Positions 38,401 through 47,909 of a stretch of 55,665 nt of DNA are shown here, piece by piece. A program made the translations under genes and the position numbers. The number at the start of each line of letters is the position of its first letter. Within the stretch, counting starts at the first letter, position 1. Source of the stretch: a virus (Duplodnaviria; Caudoviricetes); the IMG/VR virus record IMGVR_UViG_3300030098_002838, positions 1 through 55,665 of that record; one strand, given 5' to 3'. Below the pieces are notes generated by a model. The model was not told where the DNA came from. It saw only the letters and a list, made by a program, of their open reading frames with translations, and did not search any database.

Positions 38401-38550
38401 GAAGCAATGGATGCTTGTGAAACTTCATATAGTGGTTGGCGTGAAAAGAAAAATTCAAAACAAGTTTTAGAGTATGAAACTTTAGTAGTACCATTAATTA
38501 AAGCAGTTCAAGAGTTATCTGCAAGGGTAGAAGAATTAGAATCAAAGTAG
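35470..38550 (+). CDS. Tail fibre with a C-terminal peptidase S74 intramolecular chaperone
   Basis: RIxSxGxVGIG repeats; NxAxGxxA beta-roll repeats; SDERIKQNI...GLIAQEV...LIKAVQEL. Confidence 0.92.
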   Translation: MAFLQTTAASISSGGTINGNVTIAGDLTVQGDNSGTYSEIITGVLQMSSTTLNGSPINLLSRDTAIDTDGEGVRIRFGKSNDGFLADYGYRRWTSSDKGATITSTDNLRFALAGQDVSHFMFKGGNSTTGSILDIRPHEYHVVADDVLGKITFSAAHETSGTDAILAGAEIKALATAEFTSSVNSTDLIFGTGASEAATEKMRITSAGRVGIGTDSPDTNMHIAMDNGTMPDVSGEAGTGFIVQNNSATNDNVRMSLISGNAASGVIHFGDEQDHNAGTIYYNHSSNYMAFETNGANERLRIDSSGNVGIGRSDSVMSGLGGTNTKLTLYNSSYAGNLELAGNSSSDDALMGSIWFSNEDNADDTNVDADSKLIATIDVRTETSDSNAHDDSGSHIIFKTKPEAGTLAEAMRIDSSGRVGIGVAPSLDANTPLTVQTASDFSMLLNSTNDGGFVSLKIGNSGDTSATSNWDIVRANGSGNLGIRHWDTFYSGGNVTTVINLDANSRISLSNNDSGGTGGTDSTSGNTIFGYHAGLNLDSGSIDNILIGHASGKGLSGSTNDYTQNVLIGGNSGRDITQGDNNVVVGHNAGRYLSQGDSNTLIGHNAGNAVLNANNNTIVGANAGDAISSGANNSILGTSALSTATTALNNVFIGRSAGEDIPASQALNGVIAIGWESFKGSGSTTTGPEGTVAIGYQALTALTTGIANTAIGYEALKTEDTSDGNVAIGHQALKTQDAVDNAGNTAVGYVALTNSTTAIGNTAVGYKAGQSVTTGGLSTIVGHQAGKSFTVGRYNTVLGYAAMDAEVEGSENVAIGYNALTAANAGGSGSGATNTHNTMVGANAGDGITSGIQNTGLGANVAFDVDANNQTAIGFGATTDSANDIAIGNTSVDEIEGQASFATYSDERIKQNIQDGDLGLDFINLLKPRKYNKVNPAKYPDSIKNPSDGVDSNGDEQEWTDAQANKVWDGLIAQEVKEAMDACETSYSGWREKKNSKQVLEYETLVVPLIKAVQELSARVEELESK

Positions 38551-38580
38551 ATTTTAACTAACAAACAAAGGAGCTAAATA

Positions 38581-38817
38581 ATGGCTAAAAAAGAAAAAGA
38601 ACAAAAGCCTGTTTTAACTTTCGATGACAAAGAGTATGTAATCGAGGATATGACAGATGAACAAAAAGTACTTCTCAACCACATTAATGACTTACAGAAT
38701 AAGATGAACTCAATGCAGTTTAACTTAGACCAGTTAAGTGTTGGTAAAGAATCGTTTATATCTAAACTTCGAGAAGCTCTTGAAGAAAAACCTGAAGACG
38801 AGGAAAGTAAAGAATGA
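38581..38817 (+). CDS. Small coiled-coil protein (fibre-associated)
   Basis: AAGGAG SD; follows the fibre gene. Confidence 0.65.
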   Translation: MAKKEKEQKPVLTFDDKEYVIEDMTDEQKVLLNHINDLQNKMNSMQFNLDQLSVGKESFISKLREALEEKPEDEESKE

Positions 38818-38987
38818 AAATTAAAGGAGTATCATTAAATGGCTTAAATAAAAGACAAGAAAATGCTATGAAAAGACATTCTAAGCATCACACTGGTAAG
38901 CATTTAAGAGAAATGGTTTCTTTAATGAAAAAAGGTAAAACATTTACAGACTCTCATAAATTAGCAATGAGGAAAGTTGGTAAATAG
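38814..38987 (+). CDS. Small basic His-rich protein (57 aa, not in track)
   Basis: MKIKGVSLNG...MKRHSKHHTGKH...FTDSHKLAMRKVGK; ATGA overlap. Confidence 0.6.
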   Translation: MKIKGVSLNGLNKRQENAMKRHSKHHTGKHLREMVSLMKKGKTFTDSHKLAMRKVGK

Positions 38988-39439
38988 TGATTATAAGAAG
39001 GTGTAGTCAAGGTCATCGAGTTAGGTTGCATCGCAACACTACTCCTAATGCTGTTCGTCAAAAGACATATGCAGACGGAACTGTCGAAACCTTGACTTAT
39101 CCTTCATCTGGTTATGATTACTTTGTAGAGGTAGATGGAACTGTTGTAAGACGCTCAGATAGTTTTAAAAATATAGAAGAATACTATGTTGATGAATGTG
39201 CTAAAAAGCATGGAGATGGACATGGTAGATTGATTATTGGAACTCATCAATTAGTTAATGGTGTCGCTACAAGTCAAGAAGATTATCCTACAGATGCAAA
39301 TACAAAAGATGAAATAAAAGATTTTTATGATAAACGAGGAATTAGTTATAGTTCTAGTGAAACTAAAGATGAATTATTATCTAGAATAACTATACAATCT
39401 AGTGCAAATGGTAAAATAACATCTAAACATATAAAATGA
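38987..39439 (+). CDS. Hypothetical protein with a C-terminal HeH/SAP-like motif
   Basis: TKDEIKDFYDKRGISY...KDELL; GTG start. Confidence 0.55.
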   Translation: MIIRRCSQGHRVRLHRNTTPNAVRQKTYADGTVETLTYPSSGYDYFVEVDGTVVRRSDSFKNIEEYYVDECAKKHGDGHGRLIIGTHQLVNGVATSQEDYPTDANTKDEIKDFYDKRGISYSSSETKDELLSRITIQSSANGKITSKHIK

Positions 39440-39672
39440 CATTATTAGAACAATATAAAAAACAAATGGTAGAAAAACCTAGGCCCGTAGAAGTAATTGC
39501 GCATGTTCCAGAATTATCTAAATTAATAGAATTATTGTATATGCAAATGAAAAAAGAAAAACAACAAAATGAAGGACAGCCAATGGTTGAAATTTTAGGA
39601 CAACCATATATGCAAACAAGGTCTTGGTATAATCCAGGTCAAGGCATAAAACAATCAGCGGCTGTAGAATAG
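39436..39672 (+). CDS. Hypothetical protein
   Basis: ATGA-coupled ORF. Confidence 0.55.
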   Translation: MTLLEQYKKQMVEKPRPVEVIAHVPELSKLIELLYMQMKKEKQQNEGQPMVEILGQPYMQTRSWYNPGQGIKQSAAVE

Positions 39673-39680
39673 GAGAAATT

Positions 39681-39971
39681 ATGAAAAATCCATTAGCAAC
39701 ATTTTACGGATGGCAAGTTAATTCAGGAGCATTAGATGGGTGGACATCTTATCACATAGCAGCTGGAGCATTTCTTTGTAAAATATTTCAATGGTTAGAA
39801 TGGTCTGACTTTTGGTGTGTTATGGGGGTGTTTATTATTGGTGTTCTTTGGGAAATATTTGAGTGGGTTGTAGAAAATTGGAGACCTTATGGAACAAAAA
39901 ATAAATGGATGATTAATACATTGTCAGATTTATTTGTTGAAACTGCTATGGCATGGTGGATGGTAATTTGA
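39681..39971 (+). CDS. Multi-pass membrane protein
   Basis: WTSYH...GVLWEIFE...NTLSD; AGGAG SD. Confidence 0.65.
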   Translation: MKNPLATFYGWQVNSGALDGWTSYHIAAGAFLCKIFQWLEWSDFWCVMGVFIIGVLWEIFEWVVENWRPYGTKNKWMINTLSDLFVETAMAWWMVI

Positions 39972-40234
39972 AACCTAATGAAAAGAAATTATTATTTTGG
40001 TGGATAGTTATGTTGTTAATGATATTGGGAATTATTACTACTGTTACTGGTTGTAAGAGTGGTTGGTCTATAGGTGGATTAGAAATTTCTCCATCTGATT
40101 CTATTCATATAAATTATTTAATAATAGTAGACCAAGACAGTACTCAACATTGGTACGAACCTAGTATAGAAATAGGAGATAATTATTGTTATAAACACCA
40201 TATTTGGGAAGATGTGAGAAGGAAAAGTGAGTGA
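39953..40234 (+). CDS. Putative lipoprotein (spanin-like candidate)
   Basis: Hydrophobic stretch ending VTG-C; start uncertain. Confidence 0.45.
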   Translation: MVDGNLKPNEKKLLFWWIVMLLMILGIITTVTGCKSGWSIGGLEISPSDSIHINYLIIVDQDSTQHWYEPSIEIGDNYCYKHHIWEDVRRKSE

Positions 40235-40544
40235 GAAGCCAAAGACAGCGCGCAGTTACAGGACGGGAATTATTGATGATAATTTTTCCCTCCATATTAA
40301 CATCAAGTGGCTTGGTCAGTTGTTTGTGGCTGTCGCTGGTATTGTGTATGGATACTTACAGATTACGAATCGCATTGCAGAACTTGAGCGAGGAATGGAA
40401 CTTGCTACTGCCAGCATTGAAGAACTTGTAAATAAACATATGCTAGAAGAACAAAAAACAAGAGAAGAAATGGAAGAACGTATTTCGTTCTTTGAAAAAG
40501 AATTAAACCTAAATCCATTTAGTTGGAAAAGGAAAAAGAAATGA
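40227..40544 (+). CDS. TM plus coiled-coil protein (lysis cluster)
   Basis: One TM segment followed by heptad repeats. Confidence 0.55.
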   Translation: MSEKPKTARSYRTGIIDDNFSLHINIKWLGQLFVAVAGIVYGYLQITNRIAELERGMELATASIEELVNKHMLEEQKTREEMEERISFFEKELNLNPFSWKRKKK

Positions 40545-40807
40545 CATCTGAAGTAATAACATTAATACAAGAGTTAGGATTTCCAGTTGCAATTAGTATT
40601 GGATTGGGTTTTGCCTTATATAGTGTAGTAAGATTTATTTTAAAGGAAAAAGTAGAAGATACTTTGAATAGGTTTGATGAAAAACATGAAAACTTGCAAC
40701 ATAGGTTAGATATAATTATGGATGAGATGGGTAAGTTGAAAAAGTGGAACGCAGAAATTAAATCTGATTTAAAAGTTTATATTGATATGACAATGAGAAA
40801 TAAATAA
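40541..40807 (+). CDS. Holin-like protein
   Basis: MTSEVITLIQELGFPVAISIGLGF, a YvrJ/BhlA-like GFP motif, then a coiled coil. Confidence 0.55.
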   Translation: MTSEVITLIQELGFPVAISIGLGFALYSVVRFILKEKVEDTLNRFDEKHENLQHRLDIIMDEMGKLKKWNAEIKSDLKVYIDMTMRNK

Positions 40808-40962
40808 TGCCAATGCCTTTTCATTGTATAGAATGTGACAAGCCAATACAACAAGCATTAAATGGTATTTGTGATGATTGCAAACAAGAAGAAGAATAAT
40901 GGATTTATGTTGTATAGATTTAGTATTTTTAATAGTATGGATAATTGTAATAGCGAGTTAAT

Positions 40963-41286
40963 ATGGAACAATCATTTATAGAATTATATGCAGAATACGG
41001 AGCAATGGGAATCGTTGTGGCTTTATTTGTATATGGTTATATTAAACAAAGTAAAAGAGCTGATGAACAAGCAGAAGCACTCGAAGCTTTAAAAGTTGAA
41101 AACAAAGGACAAAGTAATGACATTTCTAATATTGAATCTATCTTATTAAAACTTTTAGATAGGTGGAATAACTCAGATTCAACCAGAGATAGAAGACATG
41201 AAGAAATGGTTCGTGAATTAAATGATTTATCAGATGTAATGATGGAAGTAAAAGGTTCTGTTAGCAGAATAAATGGAAAACACTAA
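40963..41286 (+). CDS. Holin-like TM plus coiled-coil protein
   Basis: YGAMGIVVALFVY BhlA-like N-terminus. Confidence 0.55.
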   Translation: MEQSFIELYAEYGAMGIVVALFVYGYIKQSKRADEQAEALEALKVENKGQSNDISNIESILLKLLDRWNNSDSTRDRRHEEMVRELNDLSDVMMEVKGSVSRINGKH

Positions 41287-41546
41287 TGAAATTAAATACA
41301 AATATATCAATTGAAAATATTGTAACTATTATAGCTCTTGTTTGTTCAATGATTCTTGCATTTGGATTTATACAATATGATGTTGATATGATTAAAAGAG
41401 ACTTAGAATTAAAAGTTGATAAAAAAGAAGTAGCAGCAGATAGAAATTTAATTACATATAAATTAGATGTTATCACTGCTGAAATTGCTGAGATGAAAAA
41501 ATCTTTAGAACAAATAAAAGGAGAAATACATGGACTTCGTAAGTGA
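41286..41546 (+). CDS. TM plus coiled-coil protein
   Basis: One TM segment followed by heptad repeats. Confidence 0.55.
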   Translation: MKLNTNISIENIVTIIALVCSMILAFGFIQYDVDMIKRDLELKVDKKEVAADRNLITYKLDVITAEIAEMKKSLEQIKGEIHGLRK

Positions 41547-41778
41547 TTGGTTAAGTTGGTCAAATCTATTTTATATGATTGGACTAGGTATAGCTGGTTA
41601 TGCTACATCTGTAACTGTTAAAAACAGAAACATTGTTGTACAAATCGGTGAATTAGTTAAGGCTTTAGAGGATGGTATGCGTGACAAAAAACTAACTAAA
41701 GCAGAAAAAGATAAAGTTATGAAGGAAGCCTTAGATGTTGCTAAAGCTGTAATTCAAAGTAAATGGAAACTATGGTAA
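41530..41778 (+). CDS. Small membrane protein
   Basis: N-terminal TM segment; AAGGAG SD. Confidence 0.55.
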   Translation: MDFVSDWLSWSNLFYMIGLGIAGYATSVTVKNRNIVVQIGELVKALEDGMRDKKLTKAEKDKVMKEALDVAKAVIQSKWKLW

Positions 41779-41788
41779 AGGAGTAAAT

Positions 41789-41899
41789 ATGCCAGCAGGA
41801 AAAGGAACATATGGGTCAAAACGAGGAAGACCACCAAAGAAAAAATCTAGTCGTAAAAAAATGACAAAAAGAAAGGTTTCTAAGAAAAAGAAATACTAA
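41789..41899 (+). CDS. Tiny basic AT-hook-like protein (36 aa, not in track)
   Basis: MPAGKGTYGSKRGRPPKKKSSRKKMTKRKVSKKKKY; AAGGAG SD. Confidence 0.7.
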   Translation: MPAGKGTYGSKRGRPPKKKSSRKKMTKRKVSKKKKY

Positions 41900-44800
41900 T
41901 GCCAAAACAAACCCACATATATAGAGATTTCTCTGGTGGGGAAAATACATCTGCTAATCCTAGAGTAATAAAGCAAAACGAACTTCAGTTGGTATCTGGA
42001 GCAATGGTTGATGAGATGGGATATTTAAGTAGTTTTTATCCCCCTCAAAGGTCAACTAAGGCTGCTTTTTATCAAGACTTTACATATACTGTTTCGCCTG
42101 GCAGAGGTCTTTTTTATTTTAAATCTGATTATTCTTATGTATCAGGTGGAAATACAGCCGATGATGGCCCATATCATTATGTTATGATAACAGACAGGTC
42201 AACTGGTAATATATCTATAACTGATGGAACTACTAAAACACAAATAGCTGATATAAATATACTTACTCCAGATTTTTATGTGCATAATAATATTGTAAGA
42301 ATAGGATGTACTGTTGGTAATGGAACTTCTGGTGGTCAAAAGTGGTTCGGGCCTATAGGAACATCATCATCTAAAACATTATTAGGTCATGTATATACAT
42401 TAAGATGGTCTATGATTGATAATGCATTAAGAGCTCCATTTTGGGGATTAGTAGGTAGATGCCATTCAGATACTCAAACAAGTTCTGATGCTGTTACTAT
42501 AACAGCTCCTGTTAAAACAGATTTAGCAGGAACATCTACTATTGCAGATGATAGTGGAGTAGAGTTTACTACACCTAGTAGTCATGGATTGTCTGTAGGG
42601 GATACAGTTATTATATCTAATAGTGAATATTATTCTGGTTCACATACAATTACAGCAGTAGATACTAGCACTACTTTTAAAATAGGTAAAACATGGTTAT
42701 CAGTAGCAGAAGATGAAACTCCAGAATGGAGAAGAAAAGGCGAACCTGCGTGGTTTTCTGGATGGCAAGGAGCAAGCGCCAGTCCAATTGAATATCCTAG
42801 CGTAGCTCAAGGAGAAGCAAGTGACCAAAATTATATTGTTTGGAACGCTGATGGTTCAAATGATGAAATAAGAGAAATAACATCTGCAGCTGACAATGCT
42901 TTAACAATAGCAACTGGTACAAGTACAACATCAACATTTCAAATTTATCCTCCTATAGGAACTTTTGATTATCCTATGGGAATGAATCTTGATGTTTATC
43001 AAAGCTATGGTAGTGATAAAGGAGCGTGGCCACCGGGTGAATATGAATTTGGACAATCTCTTGTATATGAAGGCAACCAAGAATCTTTAATAAGAAAATT
43101 ATTTGGAGATAATGTTACTATAGATGCTAATGAAGTATTATATGTAAGAGTATTAACTTGTGGTATATTTATGGCAAGTACTACTATTGGAGATTATCAT
43201 ACAGCTGCTGTAACATCAGATATAGACCCTAGATTAATAGGTGGAAGAGTTTATGCTAGAAAAGCAGGAACTGGTGATAATTGGATATTATTAGTTGATG
43301 TAGATTTTAGAGTTGATGGAGATGGCGATGGTGGAGGTACAAGATTAAATTTAACAGACCCTCTTGACAGTTGGAATAGTAGAGACGCAGGAGCAGTAAC
43401 ATCTACTTTGTGGAATACTAGCGGAGCATCTACTCATGATATAAAAGACAATATAGCAAGGTGGAGAGGATTTTACAGTACTCAATATACAATTAATTCT
43501 CCAAGTCCTTTTACTTATGAAGCAATAAATGGTTTTTCACAAGATGAACCTTCATTATCTTTTGGAGCATATCAGACTGAAGCAAAATATAAAACTTCCG
43601 TATTATGTAATAGTAGGGTGTTTGTAGCAAATGTTACTTATTATGATACTAGAAATCAATCTGCAAATTTAACAAAAATGGGAGATGCTATATTATATAG
43701 CCCTCCTAATAAAATGGATACATTTCCACCTTCTAATAGATTAGATATTGCAGAAGGAGATGGAGATGAATTTACTTGTTTAATGGAATCTGGTGGAATG
43801 TTACTTGCATTTAAAGAAAGTACACTATATATAGTAGATGTTAAAAATCCAAATCCAGCAGGATGGAGATTGCAAGGTAAGTTTGATGGTTTGGGAATTA
43901 AAAATACTCATTCAGCAGTTAAGGTACAATCTGCTGTTGCATTTGCAAATAATTATGGTTGTTGGATATATGACAATAATCAATTAAAAGATTTAATACA
44001 AGGTAAAATATCTGTTAATCAATGGCAAAATTGGACAAGAAATAAATTTAGAAAATTTGAATTTTCTGGAACTGCCACTGCAACAACTGCTAATAAATTA
44101 GATGATAGTGGTGGAACTTTTACAGCTGGTAAATCAAATATACTTGAAGGAGATGTGGTTTTTAATACAACAGATGGTACAACTGCTAATATAACTGGAA
44201 TTGATAGTGATACTCGATTATCTTTAGATAGTAATATAATGGCTAGTGGAGAAAACTATTATATAGAATCAGATACTTTTGGGCCTAATGTAGGATATGA
44301 TAATATATCTAAAAAACTTATTATAGTAAATGATTGTCAAAGCATTTCTGACTCTCCTAGATTTTATGACCTTGTGACAGGGGCATGGACTAGAGGGTGG
44401 GATAATGCTCCAGATAGAACAGGAGCTGCTTTAAAAACTGGCGTTAGTTATTTTATGGATGGGAAATTACATCAAGATGCAGTTGCATCTGGAGGTATTG
44501 AGTGGGATACAATGAATAATTCATGGACTAATTTTGTTACAATACCAGAAGCAACAGGATTAGATAGTATAGGACATAATTCAGCAGGAACTGGAGCAGC
44601 TGTGTATGTAGATGGCAATATGAATGCAAGTGATGAAAGAAATATTTATATATTTGCAATGAAACAAAAAGTTGTTGATTATTCTGTTGCAGAAGGAAAT
44701 GGTGATGCTAATGCAAACAGAACTAGATATAATATAGTAACTAGGGATGAAGATTTTGGAGCTCCTAATAATATTAAAAAGATTTATGGTATTTCAATTG

Positions 44801-45198
44801 ATTATATTACAGAGACTGGAGATGAAAATTTTGCTTTTGATATTAGGTATCAAATAAATGGAGGATTAGTAACAAGTGATATTGGAAGAGAATGGTTAGT
44901 TTTAGATTCTACAAATTTTATATCTGCAAATGATGATGGAGTTGGAACTGCTCAAGGTAACTCTATTAACACATATGAAATACGTTATCCAGAGTTTTCT
45001 GTAAATGCATTTCAAAGTCCTTTAAAGTGTTATAGTATAGCATTGCAAATAAATAATAAAAATGAAGAATCGGCTAGTTCAGAAAGACAATATTTTAAAA
45101 TTGTAAGTATTTCTATAAAATATAGAATAGTTGGAAAAACATCGCAAACAGATACTAGCGCATTTGATACAGATACAATGGTACAATCATCATCTTAA
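41899..45198 (+). CDS. Tail nozzle/stabilisation protein (P22 gp10 / T7 gp12-like)
   Basis: MPKQ...DFSGGEN start; beta-propeller-like LLAFKE...; C-terminal DFGAPNNIKKIY. Confidence 0.75.
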   Translation: MPKQTHIYRDFSGGENTSANPRVIKQNELQLVSGAMVDEMGYLSSFYPPQRSTKAAFYQDFTYTVSPGRGLFYFKSDYSYVSGGNTADDGPYHYVMITDRSTGNISITDGTTKTQIADINILTPDFYVHNNIVRIGCTVGNGTSGGQKWFGPIGTSSSKTLLGHVYTLRWSMIDNALRAPFWGLVGRCHSDTQTSSDAVTITAPVKTDLAGTSTIADDSGVEFTTPSSHGLSVGDTVIISNSEYYSGSHTITAVDTSTTFKIGKTWLSVAEDETPEWRRKGEPAWFSGWQGASASPIEYPSVAQGEASDQNYIVWNADGSNDEIREITSAADNALTIATGTSTTSTFQIYPPIGTFDYPMGMNLDVYQSYGSDKGAWPPGEYEFGQSLVYEGNQESLIRKLFGDNVTIDANEVLYVRVLTCGIFMASTTIGDYHTAAVTSDIDPRLIGGRVYARKAGTGDNWILLVDVDFRVDGDGDGGGTRLNLTDPLDSWNSRDAGAVTSTLWNTSGASTHDIKDNIARWRGFYSTQYTINSPSPFTYEAINGFSQDEPSLSFGAYQTEAKYKTSVLCNSRVFVANVTYYDTRNQSANLTKMGDAILYSPPNKMDTFPPSNRLDIAEGDGDEFTCLMESGGMLLAFKESTLYIVDVKNPNPAGWRLQGKFDGLGIKNTHSAVKVQSAVAFANNYGCWIYDNNQLKDLIQGKISVNQWQNWTRNKFRKFEFSGTATATTANKLDDSGGTFTAGKSNILEGDVVFNTTDGTTANITGIDSDTRLSLDSNIMASGENYYIESDTFGPNVGYDNISKKLIIVNDCQSISDSPRFYDLVTGAWTRGWDNAPDRTGAALKTGVSYFMDGKLHQDAVASGGIEWDTMNNSWTNFVTIPEATGLDSIGHNSAGTGAAVYVDGNMNASDERNIYIFAMKQKVVDYSVAEGNGDANANRTRYNIVTRDEDFGAPNNIKKIYGISIDYITETGDENFAFDIRYQINGGLVTSDIGREWLVLDSTNFISANDDGVGTAQGNSINTYEIRYPEFSVNAFQSPLKCYSIALQINNKNEESASSERQYFKIVSISIKYRIVGKTSQTDTSAFDTDTMVQSSS

Positions 45199-45199
45199 T

Positions 45200-45970
45200 A
45201 TGATAGATATTATAAGGCATAAGCAAGTATCATTAAATGATTTGCAAGAAGGTGAATATGTTATTAATGAATTTGGTGGTCAAGTAAAAGGTGTATTAAA
45301 ACTTAATGGAAAACTTCATAGTTCAATATTTAATGAACAATCAAACAAAGCACCTTTAAAATCAGAAAAAAATGATATAGTTATTAATGATGGAATAAGT
45401 GATAGAGTTATTATAGGAGATATAGGTAAAACTAAAGATGGCAAATTATATGGAATGAAAGTATCTACACCGGGCCATAATGCTAGATTTGCTCCTAAAG
45501 AAAATTTATTAGTAAATACATCTGAGTCTATTAGTATTAGATATAGATTTATAGTTCATAATTTTAGTGATGATTTAAATACTACTAAAACTTATATGCC
45601 GTGGTTTAATAATAGTATTGAAGGTACTGATATGAATCACAGCTCTAGGTCTTTATTAACTCCTTATAAAATGACATTATATAAATTATATATGAGACCA
45701 GAAACATTAAGTGATGGAACAGCTAATTTTGCATTTGGATTAGACAAACAAGATGATGGAGACACTACTGTTGATTCTGTATCTACATTTACATATACTC
45801 CAACATTATCTAGCGATACAATGATTACTGTAAATAAATCAGATTGGAATAACACACCAACTGTAGAAGCTGGTAAAAAAATAGGATTGTATGTACAACC
45901 AAGTGCAGATTCATCTGGAAGTATAGATTGGTTTATAACATCTGTCTGGCAAGTCGAGGTTGTATTATAA
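45200..45970 (+). CDS. Tail-associated structural protein
   Basis: Follows the nozzle gene; beta-rich C-terminus. Confidence 0.55.
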   Translation: MIDIIRHKQVSLNDLQEGEYVINEFGGQVKGVLKLNGKLHSSIFNEQSNKAPLKSEKNDIVINDGISDRVIIGDIGKTKDGKLYGMKVSTPGHNARFAPKENLLVNTSESISIRYRFIVHNFSDDLNTTKTYMPWFNNSIEGTDMNHSSRSLLTPYKMTLYKLYMRPETLSDGTANFAFGLDKQDDGDTTVDSVSTFTYTPTLSSDTMITVNKSDWNNTPTVEAGKKIGLYVQPSADSSGSIDWFITSVWQVEVVL

Positions 45971-45988
45971 TGTATATAGCAATAAATT
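45960..45988 (+). promoter_or_regulatory. sigma70-like promoter of the ejection-protein operon
   Basis: TTGTAT-N17-TAAATT. Confidence 0.55.
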
Positions 45989-46014
45989 TTAAATGTATTT
46001 TCACAATATAGAAT

Positions 46015-47043
46015 ATGGCTACTGAAAGAAAAAAAAGACAAGCTCAAAAATCCACAGTTGATACTTCTAAGTTAAAAGAATTTGCATCTAAGCATGGTGG
46101 TGGTGAATCTAAGGGAGCAAGAAGACTTAGAATGGCTAAATCTGTAAAGGATGAAGCTAGTAAAATACAATCTCAAATATCAAGAGAGCAAGAAAAAGCA
46201 CAGAAAAAAAGTCTTTGGTCTAGTATAGGTGGAGCATTATTTGGATTAGCTGCTGGTGTAGCAACTGGTGGAGCATCTTGGGCTGTGCAAGGAGCTGCTG
46301 TAGGTGCTGGTACATATTTAGGCGCTCATGGTGGTAAAAAACTTGCTGAAACTGAAGGGGGAGCTAAAAGAGAAAAAATTAAATCAGATTTATGGTATAC
46401 CCCAGAAGCTGAAAAACAAAACTTAGCATTTGATGATTATGAAAAAAAATTAAATAAAAGTATTCAAGATAGAGCATTAGCATCTGGTTTATTAACAGCA
46501 GCAGTAGCTGGTGGTGGAAAACTTGTAGAAAAATTAAAAACTGCTAAATCAAAAGAAGCCTTAATGAAATCAAATATTGCTACAGAAAGTGCAAAAGCTC
46601 AAGAAGGATATAAATCAATAATGGATACAGAATTAGTTAAAGTTGATGCATCTAAACCAACATTTTTAGATAGGGATTTAAGCGCTGTAGAACTTGTAGG
46701 AGACCTTCAAAAAAATCGACCAGATTTAAATTTATCAAATATAGAAGTTGTTGCAACAGAATCGTATGGGCCTAGTGCTTTATCATTAAGAAAAGCACCT
46801 CTAGGCACATCAATAAAAAGTCAATTTGCAGCTGCTACTCCACTTGCAACAGAGGCGGCTCCAACAATGATGGATGCTTATATGACTGGATTAAAAGGAA
46901 TGGCATCAGATTATGCACAAAAATCTATATTAGCAAGTGGTGCTATGGGAATATATGGATATAGACCTGAATTGCAATCTTTAAGACCAGTTCAAATGAT
47001 GACACCCATGTATCAAACACCACAAAGAACTAGGACTGCATAA
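46015..47043 (+). CDS. Putative ejection (pilot) protein
   Basis: Gly/Ala-rich hydrophobic hairpin GGALFGLAAGVATGG; podovirus gene order. Confidence 0.6.
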   Translation: MATERKKRQAQKSTVDTSKLKEFASKHGGGESKGARRLRMAKSVKDEASKIQSQISREQEKAQKKSLWSSIGGALFGLAAGVATGGASWAVQGAAVGAGTYLGAHGGKKLAETEGGAKREKIKSDLWYTPEAEKQNLAFDDYEKKLNKSIQDRALASGLLTAAVAGGGKLVEKLKTAKSKEALMKSNIATESAKAQEGYKSIMDTELVKVDASKPTFLDRDLSAVELVGDLQKNRPDLNLSNIEVVATESYGPSALSLRKAPLGTSIKSQFAAATPLATEAAPTMMDAYMTGLKGMASDYAQKSILASGAMGIYGYRPELQSLRPVQMMTPMYQTPQRTRTA

Positions 47044-47909
47044 TGTCTAGAAATATGAATTTAGACGAACTCTTTTGGGGGATTGAAGAATATAAAGATT
47101 TTGCTCCTACATACGATGATTGGAAAGAAAAATATATTCAACAAGATTATGATTATGCTGGGCAAGAATACGGGTTAGCAGGTGAGTTATATGGAATGGC
47201 TCAAGATAGAGCTACGTTTGAAAGGGCTCAAAGAGGACAAAGAAGAGAAGGAGCTGCTACAAATCTTCAAAGACAATTAACTGGTATGGGTATGCAAATG
47301 GGTAGTACACTTGCACAGGCTCAAGAATCTGCGTATGATATATTTGGACAAGGAGAAGAAGTAGCATCTGGTGGATTGGGAACTAGAAGTGGATTGACAA
47401 GAAGGGCAATGAGAGGAATTGAACAAAGTGCTGAAAGAGGATTAGCAGGACAAGCAATGTCTGGATTACAAGCAAAATCCCAATATGAAAGCACACTTGC
47501 AGACTTAGCTGCTGGAGCATTTGGTTCTGCTCAGCAATTACAACAAGCAGGTATAAGTTATGAATCTGCTGGAATTTCTTATGATAGAGCTGCTACAGAA
47601 AGAAATAGAGCAATGGAATCACTTGTATATGATTATGAAGATGAAATGTATGATTACTTATTACAATTAGGTTCAATGGATATATGGGCAAGTGATAGAA
47701 ATCCTAATGTAGATTACGGAACTGGACAAAGTGGGCAAACAACTGGGGATGAATTTGACCCTAATGCAAATCCAGAAGGTGGAGGTCAAAACTTAGGTGG
47801 TTGGAATAATACAGGTATGTCGTATGAAGAGTGGTTAAACATATATGGTGGTGGAGATAAAAACGCAGGCGGTGGTAGTGGAAGCACTGTACCGAGAACA
47901 GGCCCGTAA
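47043..47909 (+). CDS. Putative ejection protein
   Basis: Gly/Ala/Gln-rich helical protein. Confidence 0.55.
   Translation: MSRNMNLDELFWGIEEYKDFAPTYDDWKEKYIQQDYDYAGQEYGLAGELYGMAQDRATFERAQRGQRREGAATNLQRQLTGMGMQMGSTLAQAQESAYDIFGQGEEVASGGLGTRSGLTRRAMRGIEQSAERGLAGQAMSGLQAKSQYESTLADLAAGAFGSAQQLQQAGISYESAGISYDRAATERNRAMESLVYDYEDEMYDYLLQLGSMDIWASDRNPNVDYGTGQSGQTTGDEFDPNANPEGGGQNLGGWNNTGMSYEEWLNIYGGGDKNAGGGSGSTVPRTGP

Noticed and set aside
35470-38550. Diversity-generating retroelement target
   Set aside because: No reverse transcriptase and no TR/VR pair with adenine-specific differences seen
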